NCBI GenBank assembly: GCA_020025455.1
Contig: JAHHSC010000001.1
Span: forward strand, 12,009 to 76,008
Length of the DNA: 64,000 nt
Direction: 5' to 3'
DNA from: Lawsonibacter sp.
GTDB lineage: Bacteria; Bacillota; Clostridia; Oscillospirales; Oscillospiraceae
The notes under the pieces are model-generated. The model saw only the letters and a list, made by a program, of their open reading frames with translations. It made no database searches and was not told where the DNA came from. This document shows, piece by piece, positions 1 to 9,376 of the stretch; within the stretch, counting starts at the first letter, position 1; each line of letters begins with the position of its first letter. Both the position numbers and the translations under genes were made by a program.

Positions 1-784
1 GACGTACATAGCGCAGCCCCTCCAACAACCCCGCGATTCCGGCAATGTTGTGTGTTCCAGCTTCCAGCCGGTCTGGAAGGAACTCCGGCATCGTTTGATT
101 GATGGAGCTGCTCCCTGTGCCGCCCTCCAAAATAGGTCGGCTCGGGCCAGAGCCACACAGCAGAAGTCCGGTACCTTGTGGACCGTATAGTCCCTTATGG
201 CCAGGCATGGCAATAAAGGCAGCGCCCAGTTCTTCGAAATCTACCGGCACCACCCCCGCTGCCTGGGACGCATCCACGATAAGCGGTATTCCCCGGTCTC
301 TGCACAGGGCAGCGATCCCTTCAACGGGCAGCACTGCACCGAATACATTCGAGACCTGGTTGCACACCGCAACGTCCGCTCCCCTGTCCAGCTCCTGCCG
401 AAAAGCCGCAAGCATCGCTTCTTGATCAAAAAGCGGTGCCCTGACTACGCACAGTTCGATATCCGGGATGGCGTGCAGCGGTCTGGTCACCGCATTGTGT
501 TCGTAGCCTGAAATCACAACTCGGTCCCCCGGTTTCACCAGGCTCTTGATCGCGATGTTGAGTCCGTGGGTAGCGTTAAAGGTAAACACCACCCGCTCCG
601 GGTCTGGCACATGAAAGAGCGCGGCGGCCTCCTCCCGGCAGGCAAGTGCCGTCTCCGCCGCCGACATAGCCGCCTTATATCCGCCTCGTCCCGGGCTGGA
701 GAGATTATTGATGGCTCGGGCAGAGGCCAGCGCCACCGTGGGTGGCTTTTGGAGGGTAGTGGCCGCACTGTCCAGATAGATCAC
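1..784 (-). CDS. Cysteine desulfurase family protein (aminotransferase class V), 3' end runs off the window
   Basis: Not in the ORF track; translated by hand. GTG at 784 with SD GGAGG gives MIYLDSAATTLQKP...VVFTFNATHGLN...EHNAV...DASQAAG...MPGHKGLYGPQGTG (PLP lysine)...DRLEAGTHN. Start overlaps the upstream stop (GTGA). Confidence 0.9.
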   Translation of the reverse strand, partial: MIYLDSAATTLQKPPTVALASARAINNLSSPGRGGYKAAMSAAETALACREEAAALFHVPDPERVVFTFNATHGLNIAIKSLVKPGDRVVISGYEHNAVTRPLHAIPDIELCVVRAPLFDQEAMLAAFRQELDRGADVAVCNQVSNVFGAVLPVEGIAALCRDRGIPLIVDASQAAGVVPVDFEELGAAFIAMPGHKGLYGPQGTGLLLCGSGPSRPILEGGTGSSSINQTMPEFLPDRLEAGTHNIAGIAGLLEGLRYVR

Positions 785-1035
785 AGCTCTACCTCCTCGT
801 ATCCCCCCAGACCGTTGGCAAAATAGGCCGCTTTGACAGGCAGTCCGACCTGCTCTAACATCTTTATGGCAGCGGGCAGGCTGCCCCGAGGCACCCGCAC
901 GCTGTAGCCGCAGCCGCTTGGGGAAATGCTCCTTGGTGTACGCACGATTCTGGTCCAAATGCCCACCCGCCCCAGCGCATTGGCCGTCCGCTGAGCATAA
1001 GTCAAAGATCGACATAGAATCAAATCATAGAACAT
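781..1035 (-). CDS. DUF3343-like small protein (putative S/Se carrier)
   Basis: 84 aa, SLTYAQR...TPRSISPSGCGYSVR motif; translationally coupled to the desulfurase. Confidence 0.75.
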   Translation of the reverse strand: MFYDLILCRSLTYAQRTANALGRVGIWTRIVRTPRSISPSGCGYSVRVPRGSLPAAIKMLEQVGLPVKAAYFANGLGGYEEVEL

Positions 1036-1092
1036 GGCAAGGTTCCTTTCTTCGCAACAGGACTTTCACAAACAGAAAGTCTCGTTCCCACC

Positions 1093-1119
1093 AATCTATG
1101 CCACCGCTCTTTGAATTGT
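1093..1119 (-). promoter_or_regulatory. Sigma-K/sigma-E-type promoter candidate
   Basis: ACA-N16-CATAGATT upstream of the DUF3343 gene, just after a terminator. Confidence 0.45.
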
Positions 1120-1127
1120 CACCAGAT

Positions 1128-1160
1128 AAGAAACGGTCTGACGGAGTCCGTCAGACCGTT
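1128..1160 (-). terminator. Intrinsic terminator after ispF
   Basis: Inverted repeat AACGGTCTGACGG/CCGTCAGACCGTT followed by a T-rich tract on the minus strand. Confidence 0.75.
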
Positions 1161-1179
1161 GTGCTTTTCCATTGCAGAA

Positions 1180-1656
1180 TCAGCGTTCTTCCAGCAGGGC
1201 GACCGCGTGGGCCGCGATCCCAAGGCCAGCTCCGGTAAAGCCCAGCTTTTCTTCCGTAGTCGCCTTTACATTGACCCGGTCAGGGGCGATACCCATATGG
1301 GAGGCCAGGTTACCGCGCATATGCTCGATATAGTCTGCCAGTCTGGGGCGTTGCGCCAGGATCGTAGCATCCACGTTGCCAACCGTTAAGCCGCGCACGC
1401 GCAGCAGCTCCACCACATGGTCCAACAGCTTCAGGCTGTCAGCACCGGCGTACGCGGGATCGGTATCTGGAAAGTGACGGCCAATATCGCCCAATCCAGC
1501 TGCCCCGAGCAGGGCATCCATGACCGCGTGGGTCAGCACATCCGCGTCAGAGTGGCCCAGCAAACCCTTTTCGTAGGGGATCTCGACACCGCCCAAAATC
1601 AGTTTACGGTCCGCAACCAGCTTATGCACATCATATCCGTGTCCGATTCGCATCAC
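1180..1656 (-). CDS. ispF: 2-C-methyl-D-erythritol 2,4-cyclodiphosphate synthase
   Basis: [36 protein letters not shown] motifs. Confidence 0.97.
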   Translation of the reverse strand: MMRIGHGYDVHKLVADRKLILGGVEIPYEKGLLGHSDADVLTHAVMDALLGAAGLGDIGRHFPDTDPAYAGADSLKLLDHVVELLRVRGLTVGNVDATILAQRPRLADYIEHMRGNLASHMGIAPDRVNVKATTEEKLGFTGAGLGIAAHAVALLEER

Positions 1657-2387
1657 AGCTCCCCCTTCGATCTGGCTTCCAAGATCGCCTCGCCCAAGAC
1701 AAGATCAAAAGGCGTGGTGATTTTAATGTTCTCTCGGCTTCCGGCCGTCAGCGACACTTTCATTCCCAGCCGCTCCACGGCCGCACAGTCATCCGTCAAG
1801 TTCTCGCCGTCCCCTTCTGCTTTTTCCAAAGCCGCCCGAATCAAGCCGCCTTCAAAAACCTGAGGGGTCTGTACCGCCCATAACTGAGAACGGTCCACGG
1901 TCTCCACGGTCAGCCCATCCTCTGCCCGCTTAATGGTATCGATCAAAGGGATGGCAGGCGCAGCGGCGCCCGTTTTTTTCGCCTTGTCTATCGTCTCCCG
2001 CAGTATCTGCTGGGTTACAAAAGGCCGGGCGCCATCATGAATGGCAATGAGGTCAGCCTTTGGATTTACCTCCTGCAATCCGGCATAGACCGAGTGGATG
2101 CGCTCCGACCCGCCCACAATGACCTTCGTCACCTTATCCAGAGCGTACTCTTTACACAGGCGGCCAACCTCAGGCAGGAGCTCTCCCCTGGTTACCACCA
2201 CAACTTCCTGTACGTCAGGGCAGTCCTGAAACGCGTACAGCGTATGGACCAGCACCGGAAGCTCACCGAGCATGGCCAGTATCTTGTCGATGCCCTCCAT
2301 CCTCCGTGCAGACCCCGCAGCCACGATTACAGCAGAGCAGGTTATCGGCTCTGTTTTCTTCTTCAGCATGGTCAGCAGTCCAGCCAT
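1653..2387 (-). CDS. ispD: 2-C-methyl-D-erythritol 4-phosphate cytidylyltransferase
   Basis: [33 protein letters not shown] motifs. Confidence 0.97.
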   Translation of the reverse strand: MAGLLTMLKKKTEPITCSAVIVAAGSARRMEGIDKILAMLGELPVLVHTLYAFQDCPDVQEVVVVTRGELLPEVGRLCKEYALDKVTKVIVGGSERIHSVYAGLQEVNPKADLIAIHDGARPFVTQQILRETIDKAKKTGAAAPAIPLIDTIKRAEDGLTVETVDRSQLWAVQTPQVFEGGLIRAALEKAEGDGENLTDDCAAVERLGMKVSLTAGSRENIKITTPFDLVLGEAILEARSKGEL

Positions 2388-2483
2388 GTTTCTCCTCCAT
2401 CCATGATCCGTGTTAAGAAAGAAAGGAGCCTTTGGGCTCCTTCTTTGTTGATCTTCGTTATTGTTTATGCGGCAGGCTCTCTG

Positions 2484-2960
2484 TTATGCCAGCACCTGAT
2501 CCAGTTCTGCCTCCACGTCCTCGTAACTCTCATTCTTGGAGAGAACGAGCTCAGAAATCAGAATTTGACGGGCCGTGTGCAGCATTTTACGCTCTCCGGT
2601 GGAAAGGCCGCGTTTGTTGTCACGGTCGGTCAGGCCGCGGATCACGCAGGCAACCTCCAGCAGATCACCGCTCTTCATGCGCTCCAGGTTTTCACGGTAG
2701 CGCCGGTTCCAATTGGAATCCATCTCTACCTTTATCTGGGGGATAGCTTGCAGAACCTGATCGGCCTTCTCCGGGTCCACCACGGGACGGATCCCGATCT
2801 GCTCCGTGTTGCTGACTGGGATCATAACAACCATGGAGCGATTCGGCAGCTTCATGATATAGTAATCCTGTATCGCACCATCAACCTTCTTCTGAACGAT
2901 ACTGTCTATGATTCCAGCACCATGCATTGGGTGCGCTATTTTGTCCCCAACTTGAAACAC
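2484..2960 (-). CDS. carD: CarD family transcriptional regulator
   Basis: FQVGDKIAHPMHGAG N-terminus, NWNRRYRENLE, LSTGERKM; promoter TTGCAA-16-TATAAT at 3003-3030. Confidence 0.93.
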   Translation of the reverse strand: MFQVGDKIAHPMHGAGIIDSIVQKKVDGAIQDYYIMKLPNRSMVVMIPVSNTEQIGIRPVVDPEKADQVLQAIPQIKVEMDSNWNRRYRENLERMKSGDLLEVACVIRGLTDRDNKRGLSTGERKMLHTARQILISELVLSKNESYEDVEAELDQVLA

Positions 2961-3061
2961 CTTTTACCTCCCTTTCCAGATGCCTATACCTTTTCATAAG
3001 ATATTATAGCACAACTCTGTAAAATTGCAAGGAAATTCACAGATTTCATCGCAATCACCGT

Positions 3062-3101
3062 AAAAAAAGGTCCGAACACCATGCGGTGTTCGGACCTTTT
3101 C
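3062..3101 (-). terminator. Intrinsic terminator after ispH-rpsA
   Basis: AAAAGGTCCGAACACC/GGTGTTCGGACCTTTT hairpin with a T-tract. Confidence 0.85.
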
Positions 3102-3112
3102 ATGTGTTTTGA

Positions 3113-5056
3113 TTACTCCTCGACAGGAGCCTCTTCCTCTGCGGACTCCTCCAGCAGAGCGCGGATGGACAGGGAGATCTTCTTGTTCTCCATGTCAATG
3201 TCGGTGATCTTCACATCAACCTTATCGCCCTCGGCCAGCACATCGCCGGGCTTCTCAATGCGGTGATCCGCGATCTGAGAAATGTGGATCAGGCCATCAA
3301 CACCGGGCACGACCTCGGCAAACGCACCGAAGGTCATCAGCTTGACGATGCGGACATTGGCCACGTCGCCAACCTGGTAGGTGCTGGTGAACACGCTCCA
3401 GGGATCCTGGCTGTGATCCTTCATGCCCAGAGAAATCTTCTTCTTCTCGCGATCAGCAGAGATCACATACACCTCGACGGTATCGCCAACCTTGACGACC
3501 TCAGAGGGGTGCTTGATGCGGCTCCAGGACAGCTCGGAGATGTGGACCATGCCGTCCACGCCGCCGATGTCAACAAAAGCGCCGTAAGAAGTCAGAGACT
3601 TCACAACGCCGGTATAACGCTTGCCATCCTCGATCTCAGCCCAGACCTTCTCAGCGGCGGCAGCGCGCTCAGCGCGAACCACACGGCTGATGGAGCCCAC
3701 CACGCGGCGGCGGGCACGGTTGACCTCGGTGATGATCAGGCGAACCTTCTTCTTCAGCAGCTCGCTCATAGGAGTCTCACGGGGCAGGCCAGTCTGGGAA
3801 GCGGGAACAAACACGCGCACGCCCTTAACGGACACGACCACGCCGCCCTTGTTATCCTCCGTGACAAAGCCCTCAACAACGGTCTCGTTCTCGCGGGCGG
3901 CCTCGATGTCCTCCCAGCCCTTGACCATGTCCAGGCGCTTCTTGGACAGCTTGACCAGGCAGTCGCGATCGCTGACCAACATGACATAGGTCTCGATCTC
4001 ATCGCCGACCTTTACCACGTCCTCGGGCTTAACGGAAGGATCGTCGCTCAGCTCGGACAGTGGAATGTAACCGGGGTACTTGATGCCCAGCTCAACCTGG
4101 ATCTCGGTAGGCGTAATTGCCACGACGGTACCAGTGACCTTATCTCCGTTATTTAAAGTTTTGATCGACTCCTCCAGCATTTCCTCAAAGGACTTTTCGA
4201 TCTCCATGTTTTCATCGCTCATTTTGTCATAGACCTCCTTTATTATCCACGCAGGCGTTGACGCACCCGCCGTGATGCCGACAATTCCCGTCCGGGGTAT
4301 GCTGTGCATATCCAAATCTTCCGCCCGCTCGATCAGGCGGACATCGGGACAGCACTCCATACATAGTTCGGCAAGCCGTTTGGTATTGGAGCTTTTGCGG
4401 TCTCCGATTACAATCATCATACCGCTCTGCTCCGCCAGATGGCGGGCCTCTTCCTGACGCTTGGACGTCGCTCCACATATTGTATCAAAAAATTCTGCGT
4501 TTGTACACTCTTTTTTTGCTTTTTTCACGCAGTCATTCCAAATTTTCTTCGTAGAGGTGGTTTGGGACACAAAACTGAGAGGCAGATCCCGTCGCGCGGG
4601 GTCCTCCTCCAGCCATTTTTCAAGACTTTCCGCCCCGGAAACCACAACTGGGTGGTCACACCAGCCTGCAATGGCCAACACCTCAGGATGGTCCGGAGTG
4701 CCTACAATCACAGGCTGTCGTCCCTGCGCTTCCGCCTTGGTGACCAGATTATGGATTCTGGTTACATTGGGACAGGTGGCATCCAGTATTTTAATTCCCC
4801 GGTCCTCCAGAGCACGGTGAACGGCACGACTCTCGCCGTGGGAGCGGATGATAACAGCGTGGTCATCCGGCACATCCTCCAGCCGCTCCACACAGGTGAG
4901 CCCTTCGTCGGCCAGCTTGTCGATCATATCCTGATTGTGGATAATGGAACCCAGCATCACGCATGGCATATGCTGCGCGGCCGTTTTCTCTGCCAGCTCC
5001 ACCGCCCGCCGGACTCCATAGCAGAAGCCTGCCGACTCAGCCAGTACGATTTTCAC
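3113..5056 (-). CDS. ispH: Bifunctional IspH (HMBPP reductase) / 30S ribosomal protein S1 fusion
   Basis: AGFCYGV, DATCP, DTICGAT, GITAGASTP (IspH), then four S1 domains (e.g. YGAFVDIGGVDGMVHISELSW). Confidence 0.96.
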   Translation of the reverse strand: MKIVLAESAGFCYGVRRAVELAEKTAAQHMPCVMLGSIIHNQDMIDKLADEGLTCVERLEDVPDDHAVIIRSHGESRAVHRALEDRGIKILDATCPNVTRIHNLVTKAEAQGRQPVIVGTPDHPEVLAIAGWCDHPVVVSGAESLEKWLEEDPARRDLPLSFVSQTTSTKKIWNDCVKKAKKECTNAEFFDTICGATSKRQEEARHLAEQSGMMIVIGDRKSSNTKRLAELCMECCPDVRLIERAEDLDMHSIPRTGIVGITAGASTPAWIIKEVYDKMSDENMEIEKSFEEMLEESIKTLNNGDKVTGTVVAITPTEIQVELGIKYPGYIPLSELSDDPSVKPEDVVKVGDEIETYVMLVSDRDCLVKLSKKRLDMVKGWEDIEAARENETVVEGFVTEDNKGGVVVSVKGVRVFVPASQTGLPRETPMSELLKKKVRLIITEVNRARRRVVGSISRVVRAERAAAAEKVWAEIEDGKRYTGVVKSLTSYGAFVDIGGVDGMVHISELSWSRIKHPSEVVKVGDTVEVYVISADREKKKISLGMKDHSQDPWSVFTSTYQVGDVANVRIVKLMTFGAFAEVVPGVDGLIHISQIADHRIEKPGDVLAEGDKVDVKITDIDMENKKISLSIRALLEESAEEEAPVEE

Positions 5057-5694
5057 TCTTGTCCCTCCCCGAGCTTGTAGATGCGCTCCATCAGGTCATC
5101 GGTAATGGCCTTCAGTTCCTCCGTGGTAGGACGTCTCCCCTCAAACTCAGCATAGTAGGGCGTTCCGATCACAATGGTGTTGACACGGAAAAGCTTCTTT
5201 TTTCTGGGCACATAGACAGGCAGGATAGGTGTGTTGGTACGGGTAGCAAAGAGGACAGCACCCGTCTTTGCTTCTACTTTCTCGCCATCACGGACACGGG
5301 TCCCCTCAGGGAAAATCAACAGCTTGCTGCCTTCCTTCAGATAGTGAAGAGAGGTCTTGACGGCCTTCACATCCGCAGAGCCCCGGTCCACACCAAAGAC
5401 TCCAGCCTTTCCCAAAATCCAGCCGATGAAGGGCACCTTCAAAACAGCCATCTTCGCAATGGCACGCATGGGGTACCTGCGGCCAAACCCAAAGCACACA
5501 TAGAAGGGATCTCCGATGGTGGAGTGGTTGGGGCAAATCACAGCGGGGCCATCCGGAATGTTCTCCCGCCCGATGGCCCTAACCGGCCTTACCAGGTTGA
5601 AAAACGGCCAAATCACATAGTATAGAAAGTGAAATGCCTTGTCAGTTTTTTCCTTGGGCGGAAATTTTGTTTTTTTCTCATTTTCGTCCTTCAC
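5053..5694 (-). CDS. plsC: 1-acyl-sn-glycerol-3-phosphate acyltransferase
   Basis: NHSTIGD and IFPEGTR motifs; GTG start chosen because it overlaps the cmk stop. Confidence 0.9.
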   Translation of the reverse strand: MKDENEKKTKFPPKEKTDKAFHFLYYVIWPFFNLVRPVRAIGRENIPDGPAVICPNHSTIGDPFYVCFGFGRRYPMRAIAKMAVLKVPFIGWILGKAGVFGVDRGSADVKAVKTSLHYLKEGSKLLIFPEGTRVRDGEKVEAKTGAVLFATRTNTPILPVYVPRKKKLFRVNTIVIGTPYYAEFEGRRPTTEELKAITDDLMERIYKLGEGQE

Positions 5695-6368
5695 AGTCCA
5701 ATGCACTCCTTTACCAGGGAGAGTACTGCGTTCAGGCTCTCTTCCAGATTCAGATTTGTAGTGTCAAGCAGGATTGCGTCCTCCGCCTGTCGCAGAGGTG
5801 CGATCGCACGGCTGCGGTCACGCTCATCACGGTCCATAATATCATGGAGGATGGTCTCGTAATCCGCCGTCTGTCCGCGCTGTTCCAGCTCCAGCAGTCT
5901 GCGGCGGGCACGGGCCTCCGGGGCGGCGGTAAGAAAAATTTTCACATCAGCGTCGGGCAAAACCACAGTCCCAATGTCGCGGCCGTCCATGACCACATTG
6001 TGCTCCCTGGCCTGTCTGCGCTGGAACTCCAGCAGGAAATCCCGGACCTCCTTCATGGCAGACACCTGAGAGGTTAGATCAGACACCCGGTGCTCCCGAA
6101 TTGTTTTAGAGACATTCTCCCCGTCCAGAAACATCCGCTGCTCCCCGTCAGGCCCGTAGTCCATATGGATATCCAGGCCATCCAGCAGCGGGACAATCTT
6201 CTCTTTCTCGGAGGGGGCCACACCAGACTTCAGGGTCTTTAACGCCACTGTGCGGTAGATGGCCCCTGTATCCACATACAGAAACCCGAGTTTTCTGGCC
6301 AGCTGGCGGGCCAAGGTGCTCTTTCCTGCACCGGCAGGGCCGTCAATGGCAATACTTCTATGTTCCAT
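5691..6368 (-). CDS. cmk: Cytidylate kinase
   Basis: IAIDGPAGAGKST, YVDTGAIYR, MDGRDIGTVV motifs. Confidence 0.97.
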   Translation of the reverse strand: MEHRSIAIDGPAGAGKSTLARQLARKLGFLYVDTGAIYRTVALKTLKSGVAPSEKEKIVPLLDGLDIHMDYGPDGEQRMFLDGENVSKTIREHRVSDLTSQVSAMKEVRDFLLEFQRRQAREHNVVMDGRDIGTVVLPDADVKIFLTAAPEARARRRLLELEQRGQTADYETILHDIMDRDERDRSRAIAPLRQAEDAILLDTTNLNLEESLNAVLSLVKECIGL

Positions 6369-6390
6369 GTCGATCGCTCCCAAATTTGTT

Positions 6391-7644
6391 TTACGACTCA
6401 GTCAGAGATCCCACGGCACCCTCTCCGGCTGCCCGGCCAGTGGACCAGGCGATCTGCAGATTGAAGCCGCCGGTATAAGCGTCCACGTCCAGCAGTTCAC
6501 CTGCAAAAAACAGGCCAGAGACCTTTTTTGACTCCATCGTCTTAGGGTCCACTTCTCCCACCTTGATACCGCCAGAGGTCACAATGGCATCCGCAATGGG
6601 ACGGGGGCCGCTGATTGCCACCGGGAAAGACTTGAAAAGCTCCAGAAGGCGGCGGCGCTCCCCCTTGGTCAGATCATGCGCCTTGCGTCCGCCTGGTATT
6701 TCAGCCCGCTCCAACATGACGGGGATCATCATTCTCGGCAGCAGGGTCCCCAGCAGATTGGCCATATCCTTGTTTGCGTTGGCGGTCAGTTCCCGCACCA
6801 GACGGGCATCCAAGGTCGGCTCATCCAGGGCGGGCTTCAAGTCGATCAAACAGGTGTAAGTGTTTTTATTGAAATCCCGCATATGGGCACTGGCAGACAA
6901 AATCAGCGGCCCAGATAAGCCAAAGTGGGTGAACAGCAGTTCTCCCTGTTCCTGGTAGACAACCTTTTTCTTCTGGTTTTTCACCGTGAGGGTCACATTC
7001 TTCAGCGCAAGCCCCTGCATTTCCCCGCAGAAACGGTCGGGGGATTCCAGCGGAACCAACGAGGGTCTGGGTTCCACTACGCAGTGGCCCAGCTCGGCAG
7101 CCATCCTGTGTCCATCGCCGGTAGAACCGGTGGCCGGGTAGGAAAGCCCGCCTGTTGCAAGGATAACTGCTTTACACGGAATCCTGCCATTTTCGGTGTC
7201 AACACCACAAACTGCGCCCTCTGCGCAGGCAATGCCGGTGACCCTGGTCTGTAGCACCGGAACCTTCAGCCGGCGCAGCTCAAAAAACAGAGCGTCAATA
7301 ATGTCGGCCGCTTTGTCGGACTTGGGAAATACCCGGTTGCCCCGCTCCACTTTCAGCTCCACACCAAGGTCAGAGAAAAACTTCTCTACCGTAGCGGGTG
7401 GCATTCGGGTCAGGGCGCTATAGAGGAAGCGTCCATTTCGAGGGGTCGAGGCCAGCACCTCCTCCACCCCACAGTGATTTGTCACATTGCACCGGCCTTT
7501 GCCGGTGATATACAGCTTGCGCCCCACCTTCGGATTTCGTTCCAGCAGCTGCACCTGAGCTCCCATTCGGGCGGCGGTGATCGCAGCCATCATGCCGGCG
7601 GCGCCGCCGCCCACCACGATCAAGGGGTAATTCTGTTCGTTCAC
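6391..7644 (-). CDS. HI0933/BaiN family NAD(P)/FAD-dependent oxidoreductase
   Basis: GGGAAGMMAA, ITGKGRCNVTN, ATGGLSYPATGSTGDG, GGFNLQIAWSTG. Confidence 0.92.
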   Translation of the reverse strand: MNEQNYPLIVVGGGAAGMMAAITAARMGAQVQLLERNPKVGRKLYITGKGRCNVTNHCGVEEVLASTPRNGRFLYSALTRMPPATVEKFFSDLGVELKVERGNRVFPKSDKAADIIDALFFELRRLKVPVLQTRVTGIACAEGAVCGVDTENGRIPCKAVILATGGLSYPATGSTGDGHRMAAELGHCVVEPRPSLVPLESPDRFCGEMQGLALKNVTLTVKNQKKKVVYQEQGELLFTHFGLSGPLILSASAHMRDFNKNTYTCLIDLKPALDEPTLDARLVRELTANANKDMANLLGTLLPRMMIPVMLERAEIPGGRKAHDLTKGERRRLLELFKSFPVAISGPRPIADAIVTSGGIKVGEVDPKTMESKKVSGLFFAGELLDVDAYTGGFNLQIAWSTGRAAGEGAVGSLTES

Positions 7645-8504
7645 TCCTGCACCTTCTCATAGACGCCGTACTCATCCCAGATGCTCTCTAAGCGCTGGAA
7701 GGTCTTGGACAGGTCGTCATTTTTCTTTCTGCTCACTGCCACCAGCAGCGCGTTGACCAGGGACAGCGGCGCCACCAGGGAATCGACAAAGGAGGCCATG
7801 TCACTGCGGGCCTTCAATGTGTAGTGCGAATTGGCGGCCAGAGGGGATGCCTCACTGTCGGTGATGGCTACGGTAGTGGCACCCTGATCCTGGGCAAATT
7901 TCATGGCCTGTACCGTGCGGCTGGAATAGCGCGGAAAACTGATCCCGACGACCACATCCCCCTCTCCCACCCGCAGCAGGTTCTCAAAGACTTCGCTGGC
8001 GGTATTGGCGGTAACCTCCACCACATTATCGAAAATCAGATGTAAGTAGAAGCACATAAACGTAGCGATGGCCGCAGAGGAGCGCACACCGATCACGTAA
8101 ATCTTGCGTGCCGAGACAATGGCCTCTACTGCCTTTTCAAAGCTGCTGCGGTCCAGTTCTTCGAGCGTCAGTTGAATCTTCTCGATATCAGACTGCAGCA
8201 CCATAGACAGCAGGTCCTGATCCCCCAGTCGGTCATTGGCCACTTCGATGCGCTGCACACTGGTCAGACGGTTCCGGATCATTTTTTGCAGGGATTTCTG
8301 CATATCAGGGTAGCCATCGTAACCAAGCTCGGCTGCAAAGCGAACCACCGTTGATTCGCTTACGCCGACTTTTTTGCCAAGCCGGCTTGCCGTCATAAAC
8401 GCGGCCTTGTCGTAGGAATCCAGAATAAAGTTCGCAATTTTCTTCTGTCCCTTGGAGAAAGACTGCATACTGTCTTGAATAATTGCTAAAATATCGTGAT
8501 CCAT
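7641..8504 (-). CDS. MurR/RpiR family transcriptional regulator (HTH + SIS)
   Basis: VGVSESTVVRFAAELGYDGY HTH; ISFPRYS and AITDS SIS motifs; promoter TTGCGT-17-TATGAT at 8557-8585. Confidence 0.92.
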   Translation of the reverse strand: MDHDILAIIQDSMQSFSKGQKKIANFILDSYDKAAFMTASRLGKKVGVSESTVVRFAAELGYDGYPDMQKSLQKMIRNRLTSVQRIEVANDRLGDQDLLSMVLQSDIEKIQLTLEELDRSSFEKAVEAIVSARKIYVIGVRSSAAIATFMCFYLHLIFDNVVEVTANTASEVFENLLRVGEGDVVVGISFPRYSSRTVQAMKFAQDQGATTVAITDSEASPLAANSHYTLKARSDMASFVDSLVAPLSLVNALLVAVSRKKNDDLSKTFQRLESIWDEYGVYEKVQE

Positions 8505-8635
8505 TTTTTGATGCATCTCCTCAGCAGATGGTTCAAACGTATTGCTATGTTTCTATATCATAAACTTTTTTCTAAAAAAACGCAAGGGATTCCTGCAAGA
8601 TTCTTATCGTATCCTGCAAAAATCCCCTGTGTGCT

Positions 8636-9349
8636 TCACACCTCAGAATGTAACACCAGCAGCTCCTGCTCCGTCAGCGGCCGCCACTGTCCCGGCTTGA
8701 GGGAGCGGTCGAGCTGAAGTCCTCCCTCCCGGATTCGCTTCAGGCGGAGCACCTTCAGTCCTGCCTGCTTACACATCCTCCGAACCTGGCGATTTTTGCC
8801 CTGGTGAATGGTAATGGACAGCTGACTCACCTCACCTCTGGCCGCGCCCTGCCGTACCTTAGCGGGAGCCAGCCGGTCTCCATCCAGTTCCATAGGGCCG
8901 GACAAAATGGGAAGTGCGTGGTCCACGCTGCCCGTCACCCAAACCAGGTATTCCTTCTCGATTTCATAGCTGGGATGAAGCAGCTTCTGGGTCAGATCCC
9001 CATCGTCTGTCATAAGGAGCAGCCCCTCAGAATCCAGATCCAGCCGTCCCACCGGCCAAACTCTGGTTCCGCAGCCCGATACAAGCTGAGCCACATTCTT
9101 GCGGTTCTTCTCGTCGGACAGGGTCGTGACATAGCCCCTTGGTTTGTTGAGCATCAGATAGACGCGGCCGCTGCCAGGTCTGAGTGGCTTTCCGTCAACC
9201 AGAACTGTGTCCCGTTCCAGATCGGCTCGGTCCCCCAGCTGGGCCGTCACTCCGTTCACCTCTACCCGACCTGCGGTGATCCACTCCTCTGCCTTTCGGC
9301 GCGAGGTCAGTCCACAGGATGAAATCAATTTTTGCAGCCGTTCTTCCAT
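8636..9349 (-). CDS. rluB: 23S rRNA pseudouridine synthase (RluB/RsuA family)
   Basis: S4 domain ERLQKLIS...SRRKAEE, NKPRGY, VGRLDLDSEGLLL, GKNRQVRRM. Confidence 0.9.
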   Translation of the reverse strand: MEERLQKLISSCGLTSRRKAEEWITAGRVEVNGVTAQLGDRADLERDTVLVDGKPLRPGSGRVYLMLNKPRGYVTTLSDEKNRKNVAQLVSGCGTRVWPVGRLDLDSEGLLLMTDDGDLTQKLLHPSYEIEKEYLVWVTGSVDHALPILSGPMELDGDRLAPAKVRQGAARGEVSQLSITIHQGKNRQVRRMCKQAGLKVLRLKRIREGGLQLDRSLKPGQWRPLTEQELLVLHSEV

Positions 9350-9376
9350 TGGTTCTGCTCCTTCTGTCTCTACCGC

